DNA of 63,209 nucleotides, the filler included, from Licmophora abbreviata (taxonomy: Eukaryota): assembly GCA_900291995.1 (NCBI GenBank). It is 9 parts of 9 records of this genome, joined end to end, with 100 filler letters (N's around TTAATTAATTAA, not from the genome) between each part and the next. Parts side by side here need not be neighbours in the genome. Positions count along the whole stretch, not along the records: positions 43,059 to 56,463 come from OLMU01000168.1; positions 56,564 to 57,760 come from OLMU01000169.1; positions 57,861 to 61,897 come from OLMU01000170.1; 6 more parts are not named here. One strand, given 5' to 3'. The notes beneath the pieces were generated by a model that was not told the DNA's origin, searched no databases, and saw nothing but the letters and a program-made list of their open reading frames with translations. A program made the position numbers and the translations under genes. Shown here piece by piece: positions 46,901-59,014 of this stretch; position 1 is the stretch's first letter, and every line of letters begins with the position of its first letter.

Positions 46901-47659
46901 ACCATCTGCAAGGCGACTGGATTCTTAAACTTTGACGCAAAGGTATATGCAACCTGACCGACAATCGTGGCGAAGAGGAACATTCGGATACCTAGAGCTT
47001 CCTTGCCCGGCAACGGGAAAACTACCACAAGGCACCCAACGAGAAGAGATAAGCAAAGCTCACGGTAAGATGACGATGAACAAAGATATGAACAGCACTC
47101 TTCGCTTTGGCTATGACCTACCTCCACTGACACCATCCACAGACTCGTCGGATGCATCAGACGCGCTCTCAGCACCATTGCTAGACCAACCGACCGGAAA
47201 ATAAGAAACTCCAAACGGTATCCCCATCATTAGCGATATGAGACATACAATAAGAACAGCGGGGACCTGCATGGCAAGTTGATACAGATTCTTCTGGAAG
47301 CCTGTAGCCCATTCTTCCTCCCTTCCCCTTTCGTCTTCTTCCGCCAGCGCCTCCAGCTCTGCAGTGGCATCTTCGAGAAGAGGGTGCAGCTCCAGATGCC
47401 GACGAACGTCGACAATAGAATTTCTCGCACGCAGATCGCCGACTTGTAGCAAGGCAGCAGAAGCTCGACGCATCGAGTCAGACTGGACACCACTTTGAGG
47501 AGTCATAACCGAGAAGCGGCGATATGCCGTTGGAGCAACATCTTCACCAGTCGACGGCATTAGCGGCTCTTGTTCGCTTGCTCGAATTCGAAACGACGCC
47601 GACGAATGTCTCCGGCGCGCTCCACCCGGCGAATCAGGTATTGAAGGGAATTGTTCCAT
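43987..47659 (-). CDS. SLC26/SulP anion transporter with STAS and cyclic-nucleotide-binding domain (Vsb1/YGR125W-like); many introns
   Basis: Exon fragments: PFGVSYFP, LQMVENVPF, YYFPAHVLIGCIGGIG, LIHVPINIP, ELIAHGYSN, QNYLCYSNS, STAS 'QLQG...DFTLVAGMDSSAA', and cNMP 'GHFIGELG'. Confidence 0.88.
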
Positions 47660-48148
47660 ATTGGCTTATAAGGTGCAGCTCAAACATTGAAGAACCATCT
47701 TCACCAGATGGATCGGTCTGTCATGAGCTTTCGGATCGCTGATCCGGCGTCATCAGTTGGAGATCCGAAGTTTCAAGTTAGTTCAATAAAATGTCTCAAT
47801 GTATGAATATTACAATTTTATTTTCGAAATGAGCATCTTTAGCACTGAAGAAACTGGGTCGTAGCAAAAGCCCGGCGAACTTCATACAACTCAAAACATA
47901 CATGCCGGTACAGAACGAATAAAAGACGCGCAGAACAACAAACCGAAAGATGAAGTGCCGCCGCGATCACAATAAGTTTCACGCCGTTCACGAAAGTGAC
48001 TCCGTTCAGTGCCAATTTCGGTGCTGCATGGAGGGTGCAGAGAACTCAGACACACGAGGGGGAGAAGCATCCTTGTCGAAAAGAAGCAAGACAAATTGAT
48101 CTGACACCATTCTGTCAAAATTCGTCACTTTATTGAAATGCGAATGAA

Positions 48149-49889
48149 ATGTCCGACAATAGCATCGACGTGGGTCTCGCCCTCGACGTGGACAATGATG
48201 ATGACAAAGGCTCCACGCTGCCAGTAGAGTCATCTTCGAGTCAAAAAATTCTAAGCACAATCGTGTCTCCAGAGAAATTTGATTCGACAAAGAAGATGAA
48301 AGCACCACCATCTGCCAAGCATTATCGATATGTTGACGAGACTAGCAAAACGACGGGAAGACGCCTGGAGTTAGAGGAGCTTCGAAGCAAACATCTGGCC
48401 AAGAATTTGAGAATCGAATTTGCTCAAGCAGTCACAAGATGATTCGGTTCCACTTGCAACGTCTGATCTAACGTCCTTCTTTCTACAGCAAACAGAATTG
48501 GGAACAGAGCTGCGCAAGAAGAAACTTGACTCGGCAGATTACTTGCACCAATACAGAAACAACAATATCAAACCTGGAGTTTCCAATCGATCGCCAAAGA
48601 GTGTCGTACAGTCAGCTCCGATATATGCGACAATGACAGAGATGGAAATGTTCTTTCGGCAGCAACGAGAAATTGATCAAGAATGGCGACAACATCAGCG
48701 AAACTCGTTAGACTATCTGCATGGATACCGAAGAGAAGTAAGTCTCTCGCCATCGAGAATCTCCGAATCCGGCTCTCGTCACAAAAATTTCCCGCTACGT
48801 GCCCCATCAGGATACGGTGATGATACGATAACTAACCTCTACGCAAGCTTTCTCGATATGAGAAGGTCTCTGGAAGCTCGCTTTGTCAGTGCAGTCCAGT
48901 GTCCGCTTCCAGATTCTCCCTCGATTGGTCCTGTTGGAGTTCTAAAAGTATCAGACTTTACCTCTGGCGCGAACAGGGACAATGAACTTCTACTTCCCAT
49001 TCTTCCTGATGTAAAGGAGCCACAAGATGCCGTCGACGACGGCCTCCAAAGCGACGAAACGGATGTGATCGACACAAACGACGATACGATAGTACCAAAA
49101 GAGAATGACATGGGCAAAGCGATCGTGGTTTTGGAGTCTGAAGAGAGCGCCTGTGATGAGTTGAGAAAGAATGATCATCTGGTGGAGGTGACAAGATCGC
49201 GTCAAGGAGAGACACTGGTTGAAGTCGAGGATATAGAATCCATGGCGGCCATTCTCGACCTCAACGATCAACTGGAGTTCGGAGCGCTTCAAGGAGAGGG
49301 GACAACGGGGACGAAAGGTCAGGCTAGTTTGGAATTCGATATGTCCAACGCTGTCAAAGGCAGCGCCCCCGTACTCAGCAAAGCTGGCCAACTTCGGTCA
49401 ACGGCTCTTTCACCCAGACGCAATACTAGAAACCCACTTTCTAGCACCCTTCGAGCGCCCAAGACAAGTGCTCAACCTCCAGCGCATCGATCATCAACAA
49501 CAAATGTCTCTGCCATCAGCAGTGGTCGGACTCGAAAGCGCGATCCAACGCGGTTAAAGTCGGCGATTGCAAGCGTATCGAGACCATGGCGACAAAAGCC
49601 AACTACGCCGCTACATATCAACTCTACTCGTCAGCTTATTGAAGGACATTGTGACCAAAAGTGGAAGCCAAACATTCATGTGACCAGAGGTGGGTGCGAG
49701 CTTTGTCTTGCGCTGGCTACAGAGGAAGAGAGACGCAAGTTCGATATTGAAGGGCACCACTACCGTGTCAATGACGTGCGATGAGGGTGTACTAGAACTT
49801 GCAGGCAGTTCCCTCGAATGGAAGGCGACGAGCCGCCAGTGCGCCTTTGCCGAACCTGCTTTTACATCACACACAAATTGGGGGGCTAG
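48149..49889 (+). CDS. Hypothetical low-complexity protein with C-terminal Cys/His-rich domain interrupted by an in-frame TGA (49782-49784)
   Basis: ORF 48149..48442 probably splices to the acceptor at 48488 of ORF 48420..49784. The frame stays open for 34 codons after the TGA (GCTRTC...RLCRTCFYITH). Confidence 0.65.
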
Positions 49890-49951
49890 AGTTTTAACAA
49901 TCGATAGAAAGGGTGAGATCAAGCTATAGGGTATCTCTTATTCGGTTTAGG

Positions 49952-50605
49952 CTAGTCCCACTTCGGTACCGACCCGCCGCCGGAACCGATCGAGAGTTGA
50001 TCTCCATAGCTGGCATAGGATGCCGTATCGCTCATGCCATCGTCGGATCTTCGTTCCGACCCCTCATCCGCGCCAAACAGCTGTACCAAGAACACCATAG
50101 ACGCGATTAAAGTAGCTAGCAACATCACAGCGGATCCTCCCGACAGATCGAGTCCCTCTTCTTCAACCCATTTGTACGAGACGCGAAAGCCAAACTCGCC
50201 CCGAGTGGTGGGAGCGTACTTTGCATGGCCCGATATTGCATGGATAGATCCCTCCCCACTACGAGAGTACACAAACGTGACAGTCAAGCGGTCTAGCGGA
50301 TTTCCGCTGTTGTCCTTGAGTTCAAACCAAGGTAGCGGCCGAAGACCCTCCTCGAAGCTTAGCGAGAAGCTCCAAGGTTGCTCGTCGAATTCAGCGACTG
50401 AGTTGACCCCAAACAAAGGCATCTGGCTTCGCAGTGCATCCTTACTTTCGTGTAATGAAGTTCGAAGGGTAGTATCGACCGCATCCCCGACTCGGTAAGC
50501 AGTGCAAGAAGTCCCCATCAGTGATACGATCAGAAACGCGAGAATAGCGGAAACGTGGCGTAGATAAGGACCTGAACATGCGATCATTGTTTGTGTTCTT
50601 GGCAT
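49952..50605 (-). CDS. Conserved hypothetical type-I membrane protein
   Basis: Signal peptide followed by 'AYRVGDAV', 'QMPLFG', 'YKWVEEEGLDL' and a C-terminal TM helix. Confidence 0.75.
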   Translation of the reverse strand: MPRTQTMIACSGPYLRHVSAILAFLIVSLMGTSCTAYRVGDAVDTTLRTSLHESKDALRSQMPLFGVNSVAEFDEQPWSFSLSFEEGLRPLPWFELKDNSGNPLDRLTVTFVYSRSGEGSIHAISGHAKYAPTTRGEFGFRVSYKWVEEEGLDLSGGSAVMLLATLIASMVFLVQLFGADEGSERRSDDGMSDTASYASYGDQLSIGSGGGSVPKWD

Positions 50606-51036
50606 GATGCGCGCAATACTTGTCAACGCCGACCGGATATTCGAGGCTTTCAATGCTGCGCAAGGAAAAGGCGAGAAAGACCAACAAGTTCAAGGTAGTG
50701 CAGAGGCTGCGCCAACAACTTATGCCATCATCCACGACGTCGCGATCATCAGAGCATCCTCGGCGCGTCTCTCTCATCGCGTCGCGGCATCTCGTCGTCG
50801 TCGCATCACAATGACCGCGGCGCGTCTGCTCGCGGCCCGTTCGTGATGAGTTCTCGATTCTTCACTCGAATGGAATGCAATCGATACGGCCTCAATCGGA
50901 TTCGGCGCCACCCACCATACAGCTCTACCAGTCACTAAATTGTAGACGACGGACCGAGTTCGTCTCGTCCTATCTCGTCTAAACTCTACAGATAGAAGAT
51001 GCCCACAGTGAAGCAATAGCTCAAAACTTATAGTTT

Positions 51037-51878
51037 TTACCGAAGTAGTTGGTCCAGAATGGGAGCCGTGGTGCTTTTTTCTACCTTCTTCTCGAATTCA
51101 GTTTTGGACACATCTACCTCGTCATCAATCAACTCATAGACGTAACACACTACTTTTGTGTCTTGAACTGCGAGTAAAACAAACGACGGGGTGACCGGTT
51201 TCGTCAGCGATGTGTATGCACCTGTCATGGAGCCCTATTGGATCGATGATGGCATGATCACAGTGAAGCCCAAAACAAGGAGAAACGTGAGTGATAACGC
51301 CAAGACGAAGTGGCCACACAGAGACAAATACACTAAGACGTACCGGATTGATGTGATAGTATCCATCATGCTCGACGACTTCATTCTGATGCGAATGACC
51401 CGATATGAGAATATCCACATGAAGCTTTCGGCGCATACGCGCAAGCGCCTCGTGATCCTTCCACGGTAGCACCTGATGACCATGAACGACCCCAATCCGA
51501 AATTTCCCTACCTGCACGACTCTCGTTTCCGGAAATGTGGTGGAATCGTCAAAGTCCCCTGCCACGATATGCACATTCGGAGCGAGTTTTCGTAGCTCGT
51601 CGTATTGTTCGGAGGACCCCACATTTCCTGTGCAAATTACGTGCTGCATTTTCCCTGGAACCAACATTCTGCGTAACAGTAATACAAAGAAACAGTGCCG
51701 GTGTACCCGAAATGAGTATCACGCTTGTCATCGTAGACGTCGACAGAAAAGATACGAACTCAATTTACTATTGGTCGAGGCACGACACATACCGTTGGAA
51801 CTTCTCTGGGATCGAGGTCACTCTGTGGGGAATATGAAGGTCTCCCAACACCAAAACTAGCTCTCCAAAGTTTGCCAT
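51037..51878 (-). CDS. VPS29: Retromer subunit VPS29; multiple introns
   Basis: MANFGELVLVLGDLHIPHR, MLVPGKMQHVICTGN, HGHQ, ISGHSH, INP|GSMTGAY, PSFVLL. Confidence 0.95.
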
Positions 51879-52004
51879 TGTGAGAGCGGCTGTCTCCTAT
51901 TGATGTAGAACTATAGTCAAGGCAGCGATGATGCGATCGAATGATCCGGCGCCGGCACACACGCAGAGAGTGAGAGTGTGTGTGATGGATATGTTTGCTT
52001 TCTT

Positions 52005-52128
52005 CAAATTGCTCTTTTTTTAATTCCTTTCAAATAGAAGTTATGATACAAATTGCTTTTTTTCAATTCCTTTTTCATAGTTATGATACAAATTCTTTTT
52101 TTCAATTCCTTTATCATAATTTTGATAT
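52005..52128. repeat. AT-rich degenerate ~40-bp tandem repeat (3 copies)
   Basis: Units CAAATT(G)CT(n)(C)AATTCCTTT...TTATGATA start at 52005, 52049 and 52089. Confidence 0.85.
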
Positions 52129-52258
52129 AAATCGCAAACATTCTGGACAAACACTTTCCTTTTTGGTCAACTCCGAGGAAATAGCAGACACACAAGGACG
52201 ACGACACGGCGGTGAATGCACAGAGAGTGTCGTCGCTTCCATTGCCTCTCCCACGACA

Positions 52259-54577
52259 ATGGCGGAACGCCCCACGCCTCTTTCTCTCGCAGTCTGCGTT
52301 CTGATTGCGTTCCAAGCAGATCGCAGGTCGCCGTATTATGAAATTGAGATAGATCAAGACGCAAGAGAACGAGCGGTCCAAATTCTCCAAGATTCGGTCT
52401 CTCGAGGGTGGAGCAATGGTATCCAAGACTTTCTACGGAAATTGCAGACTGATGTAGGACCGCAACTGTCGTCCCTCATGATGGACTATCTGAACGAACT
52501 TTGCACTTCCATTGATGCGCTGATGGATCTGATGGATTCCTTACAAAAGGCAATTGCAGCAAACACGGTCGACGGAGCCAGTCCTCCTGGCATTTTTGTC
52601 CGCAAGACGTGTCTGGGCTTTGATACTCTGTCCTTTGAGACAATAGCGCGACTCTGGGAGACGCTGAAAGAAGAAGTCGAGCGATGCAGTCTTGAAAGTA
52701 TTGACAAGAGAGAGATTCAGAATGAGAGTACCGGTACTTTGGGGGCGCCTTCGTCGTGGCCTCTATCGCCGAGCCAGATCGAGGCCGAGTTGATGAAGCT
52801 TTGTCTCGACATGGAAAAATCAGATCATTCCTATGAAGAAACCGAACTCAAAATACAGCGAGTCTTGAAGAATGATCCAGACCTGCCGACGGTTCACTTT
52901 TTGCGATTCCTCAACTGCATCCGTCATGGAGAACGTGTCGATGCGCTGTACGCGCTCCACAAATACTTTGACTTTGTGCGGATTCGGGAATACAGAGCTG
53001 CCAAAGACCACAAACCTGATCTCAAGACTCGAAATGGGGTGCTACCATATGCCTCGATCGTCCTGGCGGCGTTGCATCACTCCTTTGGAGAATACAGTCT
53101 GTCACTCAAAGCGACCGAGGAGGCCGTGCGCGTCGCGCAGGAGAGCAACGATACTGCCTGCGTCGCCTACGCATTAGGATGGCTCTACGTGAATCGCCCA
53201 GGATCCGATGCCGAAGAACTTTTACGAAAGTGTGCTTCTCGTGCAGGTGACGCGCGTGCGCTCGTCGCTGGGGCCCACATGTCACTGGCGCAGCACTATC
53301 TGGGCAGCAACGTGTCCGCAGCTCGTGCATGGGAAAGCGTCTACAGCGCGTCTGCATTAGGAGCCGTTAGCACCACCATTACCGCCACCACTCTGGATAG
53401 ACCAGCTCGCGTTTCGAATGACACTTCCAGCGAAGATGCTATGGTCGTATTGGTGAAACAAGCGTTAGTCGGTGCCGGTGTATGGGAATCATGCGGGCTT
53501 CCTGTCATGTCGGGGCAGGCATCTCAAGTCGCTCTTGATTCTTATCCGAATGGCATGACACGACAAGATCAGTCGTTGGCGATTTACAACATTGCTCGTG
53601 TCGCCTTGTGCGGACCAAACATTGATTCGTCGTGTCGATATGCGACGGCTTTGCGTACGATATCTAAGTCGGGCTCTTCCCAAGAACCATGTGGGCCCAT
53701 AATGGGAGTCGCTCTTGTTTTGCACGAATGGGCCATTCGTCGCGGCGATCTTGCGCATGCGCACTACCTGACAAGTGTCCTCCATAGTTCATTTCATTCG
53801 CGAGTCTCGAATCATACTGGCGCTTTCATCGACATACTGTCGCAATACTCTCTCCTCCTGATGCGACAAGAACAGTGGAAGCAGGCTTACAACCTCACCC
53901 AGTATCTTTGTACCAGGTGCCAGAAGCAAGGTTTGAGAAGTCAGCATGCGTTGCATCTGATTCAGCTTGCTACAATCCAGCTTCAGTCGAGTCCCAACGA
54001 GTTTATCGGGGCTCTTCCGCCGTTGATCGAGTGTTTGTCCATGTGCGACCGCCTCTCTATGGACACATACCACGCTGCAGCGCTATCTGTCCTCGCTCAA
54101 GTGCACTTGCGCCTACGCAATACCAACCAAGCCATTGCTTTGCTAAAGGCATCGCTGCCGTGCTTACTTCAGCAAATGCATACGTCATTTGCGGCTGAGG
54201 CGTACTTGACCCTCGCGAAATGTCACTTGCATAGAGCCAAGCGTCGCGAGTTAAAGAATGGGAATACGACGATTCGTATCCTTCGGTCGGCATCTGTGAA
54301 CCTGAAGAAGTGCCGGCAACTTTTCTACGAGTGCCATGACTTGGTGCGACTTAAAGAGGTGTACTATTTGCAAGCCCTGACCTACAATTCGATTCCCGAC
54401 CTTGACGACAAGCGGAACGAAGCATCACGTCAATTTCTGCAGGCATCCAAACAGCTTGCAAAGTCACGCCATGGTGGAGCACAGTTTTCACTGTGGGGAT
54501 CTTTAAGGGATGCGACGTATGTAGAGAGTCTCGTCACAAGACCACTGTTGCTTGACACGACTCGTACTGATAGTTGA
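52259..54577 (+). CDS. APC5: Anaphase-promoting complex subunit 5
   Basis: N-terminal 'PTP.SLAVCVLI', 'S.PGIFVRK..LGFD.LSFE', the ANAPC5 domain 'ALYALHKYFD...LAALHHSFG...EEAVRVAQE..D..C' and TPR-like helices. Confidence 0.88.
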   Translation: MAERPTPLSLAVCVLIAFQADRRSPYYEIEIDQDARERAVQILQDSVSRGWSNGIQDFLRKLQTDVGPQLSSLMMDYLNELCTSIDALMDLMDSLQKAIAANTVDGASPPGIFVRKTCLGFDTLSFETIARLWETLKEEVERCSLESIDKREIQNESTGTLGAPSSWPLSPSQIEAELMKLCLDMEKSDHSYEETELKIQRVLKNDPDLPTVHFLRFLNCIRHGERVDALYALHKYFDFVRIREYRAAKDHKPDLKTRNGVLPYASIVLAALHHSFGEYSLSLKATEEAVRVAQESNDTACVAYALGWLYVNRPGSDAEELLRKCASRAGDARALVAGAHMSLAQHYLGSNVSAARAWESVYSASALGAVSTTITATTLDRPARVSNDTSSEDAMVVLVKQALVGAGVWESCGLPVMSGQASQVALDSYPNGMTRQDQSLAIYNIARVALCGPNIDSSCRYATALRTISKSGSSQEPCGPIMGVALVLHEWAIRRGDLAHAHYLTSVLHSSFHSRVSNHTGAFIDILSQYSLLLMRQEQWKQAYNLTQYLCTRCQKQGLRSQHALHLIQLATIQLQSSPNEFIGALPPLIECLSMCDRLSMDTYHAAALSVLAQVHLRLRNTNQAIALLKASLPCLLQQMHTSFAAEAYLTLAKCHLHRAKRRELKNGNTTIRILRSASVNLKKCRQLFYECHDLVRLKEVYYLQALTYNSIPDLDDKRNEASRQFLQASKQLAKSRHGGAQFSLWGSLRDATYVESLVTRPLLLDTTRTDS

Positions 54578-54635
54578 GTTGAAAGTCTCTATGGCATCAC
54601 GGCACTATAGTCGGAATCATTGTACTACTCGTATG

Positions 54636-57600
54636 TTAGGCCTGTGCTGTTAAATGCCATCGTCCATTCTGTACTGATGCAATCGAGTTCAATAGACGAC
54701 GAAAGATGGCAGCGTCACAATTGGGGACAGATTCGAATTCTCTCAATATTTCGTCAGTCGTTGGACCTTTTCCGGAGCGCAGGCCGCCGCGCTGCTTCAC
54801 AAAGTTTTGGAGGCGACGCAAGATCTCCGAGTACTGACTCAGATCGGCGTCGGCGACTCCCGTACTCTGTTTTGGCTCGCTTCGCCTTTTCAGTCCTGCA
54901 AGGAGACCTTTCGAGGACATGCTTCGACTGCCGTTGCCTAGTCCGACGCCAGCTGTTCCACCTCCCCCAAAACCAGGGTCGGCGCCACCGGCGACATCTA
55001 GTCTCACAGCACCAACGCTACCGAAACGGCTTGCGCGAGTCTCTTTGGATCCTGTCCAAGTTGGTTGAAAAGCATCAGTACCTGTCGTGCTTCGACGAAG
55101 CGCTTTCGTCGCTTGCGTCGCGATTGACTTGGCCTTCTCCTCCATTTCACGGACCCGAGCATCTTTTGTGGGACCAGAACCCTCAACGACGTCGTGATCG
55201 AAAACACCGGCTAGTCCTTTACTTTTCATCACATTCTGTAAAATATCCACATTCTCCCGGTGATTGGTGTCGCGTTTAGACGGTTCTAGAGCTGTCGCTT
55301 CATCGGGATCCACAACGCCGCTCCCCTTTGTGATTTCCCCCGTCTCGGTCAGGCCGTCTCCACCACTCGCGACGCTTCCTGTGTCAGCCTTCAACGTGAA
55401 GAAGTCTCGAAGGTCACGCTGCGAGAAAAGACGACGCTGCCTTGGATCCTGCAAAACTTTGTTAGTTAAAGCCGTCTTGAAAATTTGGCGTTGGTAGATC
55501 TTCTCTTCGATCGTTCCGCTAGTGATCAAACGATAAACAGTGACAGGTTTCTTCTGGCCAAAGCGCCATGATCTTTCGCGTGCCTGAGCATCGATCTGTG
55601 GGTTCCAGTCTGTGCAAGAAGAGTTGAAGAAACTTGCTTATTAGTTCCCAACTGAGGTGGGTCGCGAAATGGCGCTCCATGCCGCTGACCTACCTGGATC
55701 GTATAATATCACGCGGCTGGCCCCTTTGTCGAGACGAGGAAACGGCAACAATCGTCAGCATGAACAATAGAACATTGCTCCGAGGTCCGTTTGTTTGTAT
55801 GCTACCGTACACGTACCGGTGAGATTAAGACCAATTCCACCCGTCCTCGTCGTCATGAGCATGCCAAAGTACGACTCATCTGAGTTGAAAGTGTCAACTA
55901 GACGCTGGCGAGCAGCCACATTCGTGTTACCATCAAGGCGACCAAACTTCCAGCCCTGCACTTGCGTGAACCTCTGTATGATGTTTAACATTTTTCTCCA
56001 TTGACAGAAAATGAGAACGCGATGACCCTGCTTTTGCCAAAGCGGGAGAATCTTTGCTAGCACCTCGAGCTTTCCTGCTCTTTCAACAAGCGACGATCCG
56101 TACTCCATATCCTCGTCATCCGTATCGGATACGTCGGTGTCCTCTAGAGCTAAGCCTCCGCTTTGTATGAACGACTGGAACGAAGACTCCTTAGGATCGC
56201 AAACCAAGTCTGGATGGTTGCATATTTTTCGTAGCACAGTGATCGCGCTTAGAAGTTGAGTTGAGCCTCGACGCAAGCTTCTGACGGTATCAGACTGAAT
56301 GTATGCCTCGTACAATGAGCGTTGCCGGGAGCTCAGTCTACAGAATAGTACGTGCTCTGTCTTTCCAGGCATTCTAGTTTTATAAGGAGCAACACCTGGG
56401 TTAGTACCCGTAACGGGGATACCAAGAAACCTCAAGCATGGCGGGGACAACTTACCGACTGACNNNNNNNNNNNNNNNNNNNNNNNNNNNNNNNNNNNNN
56501 NNNNNNNTTAATTAATTAANNNNNNNNNNNNNNNNNNNNNNNNNNNNNNNNNNNNNNNNNNNNTTCTTCTGGCGTCGCAGCGAGTAAGGGTTGATGAGAT
56601 CACGAAGCGCGAGAGCACATCTATAAGCGAGCTGCACCTGCATTGGCGATGCATTTGAGTAGCCACCTCGACGAATCGGGTCAGCAAATTCGGCTTCAAA
56701 CGCGGGAAGTGTCCCGAGCCTCCCCGGAAACACAAAATCGAATAGAGACCAAAGCTCGCGAAGGTCGTTTTTGAATGGGTGTTCCAGAAAGGAGAAGTCG
56801 ATGCGGGGTCCGTATCCGCTGATCGAATGAGAGGACGCAAACATAGGAAGCATCGTGAGCTACCGGCCACACTAGATGTTGTTAGGCGTTGCGTACGAAC
56901 CTTGCATGCAAGAGTTACATCGGCGTCTGGATTTCGGATCTTTTGGCCTTCATCCAGAACGCAGTAGCTCCAGTTGTGATTTGTCCAAACATCGGGTGAT
57001 CTTCGCACATTCTCAAACGTTGTAATAACGACATAACCCGTCCCACAAAAGCTATCCTCGTCCATAGTTTCAAGATCCTGCGAGTCTATTGGTTCGTTGA
57101 CGCGGTCCGCTCGGGCCCGCAGGAGCCACTTGTCCAGCGTGCGAAGGAGTTTCGGTGCTACACTTCTCGACAATCCATCGACCTCCCCAGATTGATGGAT
57201 CAGCACACGTCGCAGACCTGGAGCCCATGTGGACATTTCAGACAGCCAGTGCTGTAGCATCGTTGCGGGGCAGACTACGAGAACAGAATTGAGCTTTCGT
57301 CCCAATGACATGGCACCAAGGAACGCACAGACCTGAACAGTTTTTCCGAGACCCTGTTGAGCACGTCCTCACGATAACAAGAACGTCAGAAGGAGACTAT
57401 TTAAAGACATAAGGGTCGGAAAAAAGAACGCACCATCTCGTCGCCAACAATGCCGCCAGCTTCTTGAGAGTGCAGTTCCCACATCCAACGAATGCCTTGC
57501 CGTTGGTACGGAAAGAGACGATTGTTCAACCAAGCTGGAATAAATAGGCCACCGTCATAAATTGTGGCACCCGGCGGGGTTTCATGCTGATCACGCTCGC

Positions 57601-59014
57601 TCATTTCTCTCATGTTTTTCACTCCCGATGCAATCCACTCATCGACTCGGTCTTCATAGTCACACTCCTGCAAGTCGTCGAGAGACTGCCTCGATGACAC
57701 GTAGGAAACCCGTCGTCGCGATTTAGGCTTGGACCGACCAATCATCTCCTTCATGTGAGTNNNNNNNNNNNNNNNNNNNNNNNNNNNNNNNNNNNNNNNN
57801 NNNNTTAATTAATTAANNNNNNNNNNNNNNNNNNNNNNNNNNNNNNNNNNNNNNNNNNNNCGACCAATCATCTCCTTCATGTGAGTCTGTCGAGGCGTAT
57901 TTGTACTGTCTTCGCGTGGAAGCTCGCTGGATCGACCGGATTGTCGTCGTGCGCGTCGCCCTTCTCGCTGGCATTGATCAATGTGCCTGGACAGTATAGC
58001 GTCGCCATCTGCACTCGTCTCCACCGGAATTCTCGCATTGCATAACGGGCACTCCAAGGTCTCTTCGACTACCGCCGATGCCGCTAGAGATTGCTCCTCC
58101 AGCTGAGTAGGAATAAGTTGTTGGTCCACACCCCCCTCGTCGTCGAACGTCAATTCATGTTCATCATCGTCATCGGAGGATTCAACCCACTGTTCCCTTC
58201 GTTTTCGTTGCAACGCTTGCCGTTCCTTTCGTTTTCGTCGCAGGAGATCCTTTCGTTCTGTCTGGTCCTCATCCAGTTTGTCACTAGCTGCCAACCTCTT
58301 TTGCTGCATCATGGTGCCTCTCGCCCGTGCGGACCTTGTTTGCTTTTGCTCGGAAAGAGCCTGCTTTCCAAAGGAGGACGTGGACGAAGCGGAAACGACA
58401 GAGCGAGCTAAAGTGCCGTCTTGTTTGATGGCTTCGAGACGCTCGGAAGCTGATTGAGGTATCAACCTCGCAGTCGCACGCTTCTTGTTGCTGGGGCCGT
58501 CGACAGTAGTAGAATCATAGTAGTCGGTGGCGGCATCAGTGTCGATGGAAGCCACAGTCGTGGATGTGAGCATTCGTCGCGACCGCTTTCGCTCTAATTG
58601 CTCCTCTCTAGCCTGGTCGACTGGCATATCTTCAGGAGTCAGACCAGCGACCTTCTGTAGATACACCAGAAGCATTTGTTCCTTGAGTCGAAGTAGCAAT
58701 GAGTCGTGCGTCTCCGCTGTTGAATTCCGGCCCAATTCGGAACGTAGTCGCGCCAAAACCGTCGTGACGGTAGGAACATCCACCGCACCACTGGAAAGTC
58801 CCCGTCGCATATCATAGGAAGGGCCCAGTGGTGCTAGATCAGGAAAACCTACCCCAGTCAGGAGGGGCGCCGACTGCAGCGTTGCCTCACGAATGACGGA
58901 ACTCTCGTACGAAGCCATGGGCGTGATTCTGGACCCCATGGACTTCAGAATCTCCTCTGTCTCGTCCACGTTCGTCATGACCTTTGGCATCGGAGGCTTT
59001 CTAGAGGACTCCAT
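54636..59014 (-). CDS. ERCC6: ERCC6/CSB (Rad26) SNF2 helicase with UBZ-type zinc finger; several introns, two gaps and a homopolymer frameshift
   Basis: [79 protein letters not shown]...HIDQC and a winged-helix-like end. Confidence 0.93.
56464..56563. other. Assembly gap inside ERCC6
   Basis: Ns with linker; the flanking protein sequence suggests only a few codons are missing. Confidence 0.95.
57761..57860. other. Assembly gap; flanks overlap (57735-57760 = 57861-57886)
   Basis: 26-nt exact duplication; the ERCC6 frame is continuous after merging. Confidence 0.97.

Noticed and set aside
51995..52258. 88-aa N-terminal extension of APC5 in the ORF track
   Set aside because: It starts at TTG and is a translation of the AT-rich repeat. 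The ATG at 52259 matches the expected APC5 start.
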